A stretch of 64,000 nt of DNA from a virus. A program made the translations under genes and the position numbers. The stretch spans positions 1 to 64,000 of the IMG/VR virus record IMGVR_UViG_3300042868_011386. One strand, 5' to 3'. Positions 1-7,442 of this stretch are shown here, in pieces (the stretch's first letter is position 1; every line of letters starts with the position of its first letter). A model generated the notes under the pieces. It had not been told where the DNA came from and made no database searches. It saw nothing but the letters and a program-made list of their open reading frames with translations.

Positions 1-25
1 AAACGGACCAGTTTTATAATGAAAG

Positions 26-308
26 GGGCTTGTAGCTCAGCGGTAAGAGCAGTCGACTCGATAGGGTCTTCTTATTAGAAATAGTAAGTTAGCAGAACTT
101 AAATTCAGGGAACGCTTAACGGGTAATGCCGATGCCAATCCTGAGCGAAACCTCGAAAGAGGGACGTGCAGAGACTATAATAGTTCAATCTTAACAGGTT
201 ATGCTGAAGATTAAGGGATAGTCCAGACCACAAACTGAAAAGGTAGTGAAAACTATAGTGGTAAGCATAATCGATTGGTCGCAGGTTCGAATCCTGCCGG
301 GCCCACCA
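26..308 (+). tRNA. tRNA with CAU anticodon, most likely tRNA-Ile2 (lysidine type), split by an intron (exons 26-58 and 266-308)
   Basis: Joining the exons gives GGGCTTG...GTCGA-CT-CAT-AA-TCGAT...GGTTCGAATCC...CGGGCCC-A-CCA. It resembles ileX-type tRNAs and has no initiator features. Confidence 0.9.
59..265 (+). ncRNA. Group I self-splicing intron (IC3-like, 207 nt, no ORF) inserted after U33
   Basis: P1 helix GACUC/GGGUC with a U-G pair at the 5' splice site; P/Q/R/S-like motifs AAATTCAGGGAA, AATCCTGAGC, GCAGAGACTA and GATAGTCC; terminal G at 265. Confidence 0.9.
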
Positions 309-324
309 TTATAAATATTATGAC

Positions 325-1122
325 ATGGTTTTACGTGCACTGCTATTCATTACGAGCCTACTTGTAGCTGGATGTGCCGCATGGTTTTCAGTACTCGGCA
401 TTGCTACACTCTTTAGTGGCAGCTATGTTTCAGTGCTCATCATGGCGAGTGCACTTGAGATTGGCAAACTTGTAGCGACGACCTATTTGCATCACTATTG
501 GACGCATACATCAGCACTCTTAAAAGGCTATCTCGTCACAGCTACACTCATACTCATGTGTATAACTTCACTCGGTATTTTTGGTTATCTATCGTCTGCC
601 TATGCTGTAAACTCAATACAATTTTCTAACATCGACTCCCAGGTTGGGTCTCTTCAAGAACGTAAGAGCGGCATCGACTCTGAAGTCTCACAAATCAACT
701 CACGAATAGAGACACTAAACGCTGCGCGGCGCTCACAAGAAGAACGCTTGCCAAAGATGTCTGCGGCAAATGCACGACCAATCTATGCTGACATTGAAAG
801 AACAGCGGCTGAAATGCAAGCACAGCGCGAGAGAATAGTTCAACTGCAAGACAGCAAGAGAGAGCTTGACACACAAATACAAGAGCTAAAACTCAAGATG
901 TCGGCATCAAAAGACATTGGAACGTTTAAGTTTATTGCCGATCAGTTTAATCTGCCGCTCGATACAATCGTAATGGCCTTTATATGCATAATCATTGCTG
1001 TGTTTGATCCACTTGCTATTGCACTGCTGCTGTCATACAACAGCACACTTTCCAAAACACTCATGAAAGACAAGTCAGTTGATGTATCAAATCGCATCTA
1101 TGACCTGTCTGACGGTCTATAA
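325..1122 (+). CDS. Membrane protein with central coiled coil (conserved phage hypothetical)
   Basis: Three N-terminal TM segments, a coiled coil and a C-terminal TM with FDPLA; late promoter TATAAATA at 310-317. Confidence 0.7.
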   Translation: MVLRALLFITSLLVAGCAAWFSVLGIATLFSGSYVSVLIMASALEIGKLVATTYLHHYWTHTSALLKGYLVTATLILMCITSLGIFGYLSSAYAVNSIQFSNIDSQVGSLQERKSGIDSEVSQINSRIETLNAARRSQEERLPKMSAANARPIYADIERTAAEMQAQRERIVQLQDSKRELDTQIQELKLKMSASKDIGTFKFIADQFNLPLDTIVMAFICIIIAVFDPLAIALLLSYNSTLSKTLMKDKSVDVSNRIYDLSDGL

Positions 1123-1130
1123 ATCTTATT

Positions 1131-1340
1131 ATGAATCTATGTGAATTGCCATGCAATCATACTGCTATAATATGCAAAGTTCAAGGGGTCGAATGTGCTC
1201 GACTTCGTGATATGGGTTTTTGTGAAAATACACATATCACAAAAACCCGCGAAGGAAAAAATATTGTCTGCTCAACATGCGGCATACGATTAGCATTAAA
1301 TCAGGAGTTAGCTAAGGACATCATCGTTGATGAGTTATAA
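1131..1340 (+). CDS. feoA: FeoA-family protein (Cys-rich)
   Basis: RLRDMGF...G.RLAL..ELA..I.V FeoA signature; 69 aa. Confidence 0.75.
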   Translation: MNLCELPCNHTAIICKVQGVECARLRDMGFCENTHITKTREGKNIVCSTCGIRLALNQELAKDIIVDEL

Positions 1341-1352
1341 ATAAAATTTTTT

Positions 1353-1442
1353 GGGTGAATGGCAGAGCGGTTTATTGCACTTGTCTTGAAAACAAGAGTG
1401 GCTGAAAGGTCACCGTGGGTTCAAATCCTACTTCACCCGCCA
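1353..1442 (+). tRNA. tRNA-Ser(UGA)
   Basis: Cloverleaf with long variable arm, anticodon TGA and encoded CCA; TATAAATA at 1336-1343. Confidence 0.93.
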
Positions 1443-1446
1443 TTTT

Positions 1447-1536
1447 GGAACGTTGACTGAGTGGTCGAAAGTGTTTCCCTGCTAAGGAAATGTAGGGGTG
1501 ACTCTACCGTAGGTTCGAATCCTACACGTTCCGCCA
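1447..1536 (+). tRNA. tRNA-Ser(GCU)
   Basis: Cloverleaf with long variable arm, anticodon GCT and CCA. Confidence 0.93.
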
Positions 1537-1557
1537 ATGTGTATATATAATTAAAAT

Positions 1558-1632
1558 GCCCGGTTAGCTCAGTGGTAGAGCAGATCCTTTACACGGATAA
1601 GGCCGGCGGTTCGAAACCGTCACCGGGTACCA
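1558..1632 (+). tRNA. tRNA-Val(UAC)
   Basis: Cloverleaf, anticodon loop TT-TAC-AC, CCA. Confidence 0.9.
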
Positions 1633-1665
1633 CTTCTCCCCCTGAAAAACAAAATGAACTATAAT

Positions 1666-2391
1666 ATGAAAAAACAAACACAAATCGTTAAAATTGGTAT
1701 TGTAGCACTTGCTACACTTGTAAACGCATATGCTGGTACAATCGAAGACGCTCCTTCAGCAGTGGCTCCTGTCGCAGTTGAAACTGCCTATTCTTCCGAT
1801 AATGTCTGGCGTGGTGCTGATCTAGGTGCAAATGAAGCAAGCGCAATCATCTCAACTACAGCTGAACTTCCTGCGGACGTTTCGTTGGCGCTGAGCGCTG
1901 ACTATGCAAACGCTGAAACAACTGGGAAGGACGAAGCTACTGAGCTGTCTGCAATCTTTTCTAAGAGCGTTGCTGACTATCTCGTATCTTTGAGCTATAC
2001 CTGGTATTCGCAGGACTATGCGGGTCAGGAAGGACAAGCGCAAGAAGCTGGTTTGACTGTATCACGTGCAGTTGGTCCAATCGATCTTTCGCTTACTCAG
2101 TATATGAGTATTGTGGGTGATAACAATGCTTATAGCGAACTTGCTGCAACATACAGTGATGACTTTGGATCTTCATTGATGCTTGACTTTCGCGCTGAGC
2201 TTGGCTATCTCGCTCAAGAAGGACAGTGCACTCACTTTGAAACTACTGTCTCAACAGACATTCCAGTTGTCGAAGGTGTGACTGCAGTTCCGTTTGTCTC
2301 ATACTCACTTGGTCTTGATGACTCGGTTGGTGTGCACTCAGACATGAAGAATCTTTTCTTCGGTGGAATTGAGTTTAAGAAGTCATTTTAA
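1666..2391 (+). CDS. Outer-membrane beta-barrel / putative porin (TorF/TIGR02001-like)
   Basis: Signal peptide (MKKQ...AYA), alternating amphipathic strands and C-terminal Phe (GIEFKKSF). Confidence 0.7.
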   Translation: MKKQTQIVKIGIVALATLVNAYAGTIEDAPSAVAPVAVETAYSSDNVWRGADLGANEASAIISTTAELPADVSLALSADYANAETTGKDEATELSAIFSKSVADYLVSLSYTWYSQDYAGQEGQAQEAGLTVSRAVGPIDLSLTQYMSIVGDNNAYSELAATYSDDFGSSLMLDFRAELGYLAQEGQCTHFETTVSTDIPVVEGVTAVPFVSYSLGLDDSVGVHSDMKNLFFGGIEFKKSF

Positions 2392-2411
2392 TAGATAATA
2401 GAATAAAAACG

Positions 2412-2446
2412 AAAACGGAGCCTTCTCTATGTTGGCTCCGTTTTTT
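2412..2446 (+). terminator. Intrinsic terminator
   Basis: AAAACGGAGCC...GGCTCCGTTTTTT. Confidence 0.85.
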
Positions 2447-2459
2447 ATTAGTAGAATTA

Positions 2460-2539
2460 CGGGAGTTGACAAATGCAAATTGGTACAGCTACTACGTTTA
2501 GACCGTAGGTTTTTCTGGGTTCGAATCCCAGACTCCCGA
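2460..2539 (+). tRNA. Atypical or degenerate tRNA-Leu(UAG)
   Basis: Good acceptor stem (CGGGAGT/ACTCCCG), anticodon arm (CTACG-TTTAGAC-CGTAG) and T arm; poor D arm, short variable loop, no CCA. Confidence 0.6.
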
Positions 2540-2566
2540 CGTCGAGTCCCTCCTTGCCCACCAACC

Positions 2567-3025
2567 CTAATAGTTAGTCTTGCCAAAGCTGTAGAGCATC
2601 GGATTGTCGCTTGATCCAGTGCCAGTTGTGGTGACATCCTTTTTAGCTGGAGTAAATGCATAAATCTCACGTTGAGCACGATCTGCATCAATCCATACTT
2701 CTTTATAGTTGCTGTCGCGAATGAGCAGCATTGGCGCGCCATGAATATGAGCATAGCCAACACACTCTCCACGAATGCTGTCAGAGCCAGAGTGAACTTC
2801 TAGATATTTTCCAAAGAGTGGAAACTTGTCTACTTGTCTGTTTACAGTATCGACAGCTGAACCAAGATCGTCTTTGCTTATGAGATCTTTTCCAATGTAG
2901 ATGCCTTTGCCTTTGGCACGATAGCTCGGAAAGGTTACGATGCCTTCGCTTAATTGTTCTTGAGACAACACATGTGCAGCGGCAGAAACCAATGGGTCTT
3001 CTTTGTATGATGTGAAATTATTCAT
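2567..3025 (-). CDS. Putative internal head protein with shared leader
   Basis: N-terminus MNNF..YKEDPLVSAAAHVL...LSE; late promoter at 3035-3042 (minus strand). Confidence 0.65.
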   Translation of the reverse strand: MNNFTSYKEDPLVSAAAHVLSQEQLSEGIVTFPSYRAKGKGIYIGKDLISKDDLGSAVDTVNRQVDKFPLFGKYLEVHSGSDSIRGECVGYAHIHGAPMLLIRDSNYKEVWIDADRAQREIYAFTPAKKDVTTTGTGSSDNPMLYSFGKTNY

Positions 3026-3079
3026 AATCTATCTTATTTATACTTTTCTCGAATTATGAAAATGTATAAATAGTCTTAT

Positions 3080-3649
3080 ATGCAACCCTTTGACAACTAT
3101 AAAAATGACTCTCTTGTGAGTGCTGCAGCAACGATTCTGGAGGGCAAGACTCATGACGAATGTCTTCAAGAAGCGCAGAGCGCAATTATAAAACGCCTAT
3201 TATCAGAAATTGACAATTTAAATAGAAGTCAAATGCAAGAATTTTTACTTGCATTTGCTGATCATATGGATGAGATGACAAAATATGCATCATCACGTGA
3301 TCACAAAGGCAATCCAAAAGACGTCATTAAAAAAATAAGTGATCATCTCTATGACGCAGCAAGAGCAGCAAGCGGATTAAAGACTGGTGAAAAGTATGGT
3401 TATAATGAAGGTGTAGAAGATGAAGGCGAGACACTGCAGGAATATTACACCGCTAAATTTCCACTTGCTAAAAAGGCAATGGAAGCAGTGCGCAATCTAG
3501 ATGAAGATGAAATGGAAGATTTCTTATTTGCGCTTGATAGCTTTTTCGAAGAAGGCGAAATGTCTGACTATAAAGAATCAAGCAATATTTCTGCACTAAT
3601 CTATAAAGCAGCACAAATTTGGAAAAATAGAAACGAAAGATATGCATAA
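3080..3649 (+). CDS. Putative internal head protein with two related helical modules
   Basis: Leader DSLVSAAATILEG...LQE; internal linker EGVEDEGETLQE; TATAAATA at 3065-3072. Confidence 0.65.
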   Translation: MQPFDNYKNDSLVSAAATILEGKTHDECLQEAQSAIIKRLLSEIDNLNRSQMQEFLLAFADHMDEMTKYASSRDHKGNPKDVIKKISDHLYDAARAASGLKTGEKYGYNEGVEDEGETLQEYYTAKFPLAKKAMEAVRNLDEDEMEDFLFALDSFFEEGEMSDYKESSNISALIYKAAQIWKNRNERYA

Positions 3650-4139
3650 AGACCCGCTTATAGAAGCAGCAACAAGAATCCTTCAAGGCAAGCCCGAAGA
3701 CTTACAAGAGTCTTTTATGCGTTTGCCTGGACATGTCATCAACAATGAATTATACACGCTAGGCAAATCATTTCAACAATTTGTTGATTCAATAAAACGT
3801 GGCGATGACTTTGATCCAAAGAAGATCAACTCACTTATAACTGCATTAAATTCCATAAAGTCTTCTGCAAAAACTTTTAAAGATGGAGAAAGTGTTCCTG
3901 TTTCATATCAGTATGGAAACGTAAAGGAAGCTGCTGAACAAGACGCAGGCGAATATGACGCTGAAGGCAGCATGGCTAAAAATGCACTGCGCACAATCAT
4001 TCGCAACGCAAAAGGATTGCATGACATGCTAAGCGACGATGAAAATTTACCAGAGCACGTTCAAGCAAATCTTGTAAAGGCAGAAGAGTATGTTGTCAGT
4101 GCTCGTGACTATATTGAAAGCACAAAGGAAGCAGAATAA
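3642..4139 (+). CDS. Putative internal head protein with two modules
   Basis: Leader DPLIEAATRILQG...LQE; C-terminal EGSMAK...LPEHVQ...AEEY module. Confidence 0.65.
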   Translation: MHKDPLIEAATRILQGKPEDLQESFMRLPGHVINNELYTLGKSFQQFVDSIKRGDDFDPKKINSLITALNSIKSSAKTFKDGESVPVSYQYGNVKEAAEQDAGEYDAEGSMAKNALRTIIRNAKGLHDMLSDDENLPEHVQANLVKAEEYVVSARDYIESTKEAE

Positions 4140-4148
4140 ATAAGACAT

Positions 4149-4592
4149 ATGAATAATTTTCATTACAACCAAGACCCGTTGTATGCCGCTGCAGCAAAGA
4201 TACTCAGCGGCACAACATTAACAGAAGATGCATCGCATGCATCTGCCCTTAAAGAACTTAAAGCTTCTAAGGGTGCAGAGATGTTAAAATCAAAAAACAA
4301 TCATGTATTTGGTAAAAATGGTGGATTTTCTGCAGCTCAAGAAGACGCTGACACAATTGCTATTATGATTTTCAAGCAGTCGAACAAAGGATGGATTACC
4401 AAGACCACATTCTACACAATTGAAAAAGAAGATGGTGAAAGTTATTTTAATGTCTATAGTCAAGATGTAACACACATCGCAAATCCAAAAGTGTCTGCTG
4501 AAAAGGTCTATGAGATTGCAAAGCAACACAGCGACAGCAAATACTATTTCAAAACCTTCGATCAAAAATTAGAAATTAACGAACTAAACTAA
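4149..4592 (+). CDS. Putative internal head protein
   Basis: Leader MNNFHYNQDPLYAAAAKILSG..LTE. Confidence 0.65.
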   Translation: MNNFHYNQDPLYAAAAKILSGTTLTEDASHASALKELKASKGAEMLKSKNNHVFGKNGGFSAAQEDADTIAIMIFKQSNKGWITKTTFYTIEKEDGESYFNVYSQDVTHIANPKVSAEKVYEIAKQHSDSKYYFKTFDQKLEINELN

Positions 4593-4610
4593 ATATAAAT
4601 AAATTAACAC

Positions 4611-6761
4611 ATGAATAACTTCCACTATCACCAAGACCCGATGTATGCTGCAGCTACAGCAATTCTAACTGGCAAAACTCAACTGCAAGAGTCTGATACT
4701 CTTGACGAAGCAATTGATTGGAACCTTATCCAATCAATGTATGTAAAAGACATTATTGATATTGTAGCAGCATTAGTAATTGGAGGAGGAATTGGTGTAG
4801 CTGCTATATTTGGTGGCGCAATAAAAAGATATCTTTCAGATAAAGCAGACGAAAGAGACGCAAAGGAGTCTGCACAATTCTTAAAGAGCACACTTGATAA
4901 AATCTTAAAGGACAGCAAATCAAAAGAGCTTATTTCACAAATTAAATCTTTTCCTTATTCATCAAAATCTACAGAAGAAGCTAAAAAGAATAACGAAGAG
5001 CGTAAAAAGCTAGTTAGAGCTTATAGTGCACGTCTCAAAACATTATTAAGCGATGATGAGTATGCATTGATAAATGACATCTATAACAATACCATTCGTG
5101 AAAGCGCTGATACTCTTGAAGAAGGAGTCGAAGACGTCAAGTCAATCGTCGACACCCTAAAGGTTGGCGACACTACAAACTTTGGCAAGGTGTTAGAAAT
5201 TGGGACTAACAGCATTACATTCAAGGCAAAAGATCTTCCAAAGACAACAATCGCGTTTAACCAACGCAAGATGGGCAGCTCAGAATTTTTACTTCTCAAA
5301 ACAATCAAACTAAAGGAAGAGACTGAACTTGAAGAAGAGGACGTTGCTGAAGCATACAAGCCATTACGCAAACCAGCCGACCTCATCGACGAATTACAGA
5401 GTATAGTCGACGCCCCAGATTCAAAACTTTGGGACGTCACAAGTGTGTCTATTCGTTTAAGTCATGAAGATATTTTTGATCGTTTTCCAAAGATTTATGA
5501 CTATGTTGAAGATATGTGGTTTGAAATTATGCAACCAAATGGTGCTAAAAAGACAAAAGAAATTGCTAAAAAAGCAATTGAAGCAGTGCGCAAATATTAT
5601 CCAGACCTCAACAAATCTCAGAAAAGCAATCCAGTCTATAAAGAAGATAGCATCGAAGAAGAAACAATTGATGAAGCAATCAACTGGCTTGGTGACTATC
5701 TTACTACTTCTGAAAAGAGTCAGTTTGGCGGCTATCGTCCGACTATACTTGATAAGAAAACTAAAAGAGTTATGTATCAATCTGCAGCTGCATATAATAC
5801 CCCACAAGAGGCAAAGGATCATGCTGAAGACTATCTCAAGCAAAAGGCAAAAGGCATCAGAGATCCTAAAGTTCCGGTTGTTGGTACATATAAACGTGAA
5901 AACAAAAACAAAAACCACAATGGCACTTTCGGTTTGAATCATCGTCCATCTTTCAGCGATAGCGACGACTACGGCCTGTTCGGTTGGTTGGGCGAGACTG
6001 ATGAAAAGATGGATGAAGCAGCAGATGCGGCACTCAAGCGCCGCAAGCAAGTTGATATGGCCAAAGTAAATGCTGGCGCTATGAATCGCGATGACTATAA
6101 CAAAAAGTATAAACTTGGTAAATATCGTCCAGCCGGCAGCAAATTGTCTGGTCCAGGTGGAGTCTATAAAAATCTTGTTAAGGAGGAAGAGACACTCGAA
6201 GAAGCTGTTGCAACACCAGCAGTGCAAAAGCTTATAACATCAATTGATATGCTAAGCCCTAAAGACTATCTAGTTTTCTTACAGGCACTCGCAGACAATG
6301 CACAAGGCATCGCTAATATGAGTCGTCCAGCAAATGCAAGTGGGTACTCAAATGCAAAGGCATGGGCAACAGTGGCTGATCATATTTCTGCAGCAGCTGA
6401 TGCCTATGCACAGCGTCCAATTCGTATTGAAGGCACAGAAGTCGAAGGTGAGACTCTTGAAGAAGCTGCTAACATCAAACCAGTGCAAGGAAAATATATC
6501 TTCTTTATTCAAGACCGCGAACTCTATCAACTCGACCCATATAAACTGCTTGCAAAGACTGATTTTGATCGAATCTCTAGCAGCAAACTTATGTCACACA
6601 TGAAATTAGGCAGCGAGTGGAAAGCAGTATCGGTTGCATGGGGAACAGATCTTCTTGAGATTGGTGCACTCGAATCTCCAAAAGATATATCTGATGCAGA
6701 GCAATGGTATGTCGTGCCTCATTTATATGACAAAATCACGCATCTCGCATTAGTACACTAA
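4611..6761 (+). CDS. Putative internal head polyprotein (leader plus 7 modules)
   Basis: Leader MNNFHYHQDPMYAAATAILTG..LQE; repeated acidic TLEE/TLDE/TIDE linkers; TATAAATA at 4594-4601. Confidence 0.7.
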   Translation: MNNFHYHQDPMYAAATAILTGKTQLQESDTLDEAIDWNLIQSMYVKDIIDIVAALVIGGGIGVAAIFGGAIKRYLSDKADERDAKESAQFLKSTLDKILKDSKSKELISQIKSFPYSSKSTEEAKKNNEERKKLVRAYSARLKTLLSDDEYALINDIYNNTIRESADTLEEGVEDVKSIVDTLKVGDTTNFGKVLEIGTNSITFKAKDLPKTTIAFNQRKMGSSEFLLLKTIKLKEETELEEEDVAEAYKPLRKPADLIDELQSIVDAPDSKLWDVTSVSIRLSHEDIFDRFPKIYDYVEDMWFEIMQPNGAKKTKEIAKKAIEAVRKYYPDLNKSQKSNPVYKEDSIEEETIDEAINWLGDYLTTSEKSQFGGYRPTILDKKTKRVMYQSAAAYNTPQEAKDHAEDYLKQKAKGIRDPKVPVVGTYKRENKNKNHNGTFGLNHRPSFSDSDDYGLFGWLGETDEKMDEAADAALKRRKQVDMAKVNAGAMNRDDYNKKYKLGKYRPAGSKLSGPGGVYKNLVKEEETLEEAVATPAVQKLITSIDMLSPKDYLVFLQALADNAQGIANMSRPANASGYSNAKAWATVADHISAAADAYAQRPIRIEGTEVEGETLEEAANIKPVQGKYIFFIQDRELYQLDPYKLLAKTDFDRISSSKLMSHMKLGSEWKAVSVAWGTDLLEIGALESPKDISDAEQWYVVPHLYDKITHLALVH

Positions 6762-6784
6762 TACTAATTAAAAAATAATATAGA

Positions 6785-6818
6785 AAAAGTCACTCGGGCC
6801 ACTCTGAGTGACTTTTCT
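6785..6818. terminator. Intrinsic terminator (bidirectional shape)
   Basis: AAAAGTCACTC...GAGTGACTTTT. Confidence 0.8.
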
Positions 6819-6886
6819 CGTATATATAACTCTATAGAGGACGCGGTTGTCTTCTATACTTAACACACACAAACACACACAATAAA

Positions 6887-7105
6887 ATGAATAAAAACGC
6901 ATACGAAATACGACTAGAGGTATTGCAACTCGCTCATGGCGATATTATGACGCAATATCATGAGGCATTAAATTGTCAAAAAGAGACGATTTATCAGGAC
7001 GGACAGGAAACATCAGACTTGTCTACTGTAGATGTCACACTACCAGCTGTATCTAAGGTTATCGAAAGAGCAGAAGAACTCTACGCATTTGTGCACAGAG
7101 CATAA
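6887..7105 (+). CDS. Small conserved T4-like phage protein
   Basis: AYEIRLEVL...VIERAEELYAFV pattern. Confidence 0.65.
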   Translation: MNKNAYEIRLEVLQLAHGDIMTQYHEALNCQKETIYQDGQETSDLSTVDVTLPAVSKVIERAEELYAFVHRA

Positions 7106-7117
7106 AGGTTAATAGCG

Positions 7118-7150
7118 AGTAGCCAGTGTTGTATTGCACTGGCTACTTTT
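7118..7150 (+). terminator. Intrinsic terminator
   Basis: AGTAGCCAGTG...CACTGGCTACTTTT. Confidence 0.8.
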
Positions 7151-7187
7151 ATATTTACAAATTAAAAAAGATTGTTATAATAACAAC

Positions 7188-7442
7188 ATGAAAATCAAGG
7201 ATAAAAATGGTGTTCAGTTTGAGCTTGATGATTGCACAATTCTTCAAATCGCTCTCAATAAACTACGAGAAGTCTATGATTGGCAATCAAATTACTATAT
7301 TGACACTGCTAGCAACAAGGTGTTAAAGACAGAAACATACCACACAACTCATAGTTGGGACACCACAAGTGAAGTGCGTGATGCAACAGTTGATGACCAT
7401 CGCTTTTCTGCAGTGCTTGCTAAATTAGTTTGTGGGAGATAG
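7188..7442 (+). CDS. Hypothetical protein (start corrected to MKIKDK)
   Basis: Follows a TTTACA-N16-TATAAT promoter at 7154-7181. Confidence 0.6.
   Translation: MKIKDKNGVQFELDDCTILQIALNKLREVYDWQSNYYIDTASNKVLKTETYHTTHSWDTTSEVRDATVDDHRFSAVLAKLVCGR

Noticed and set aside
1-10. Possible 3' end (…GGACCA) of another tRNA at the window edge
   Set aside because: Too little sequence to support a call.
59-265. Intron-encoded homing endonuclease
   Set aside because: The intron is only 207 nt and has no ORF.
5457-6227. 256-aa antisense ORF and other shadow ORFs (e.g. 2383-2772, 29439-30062, 59851-60258, 62991-63302)
   Set aside because: They lie opposite or inside well-supported genes, have no recognisable motifs, and are expected from codon bias or repeats.
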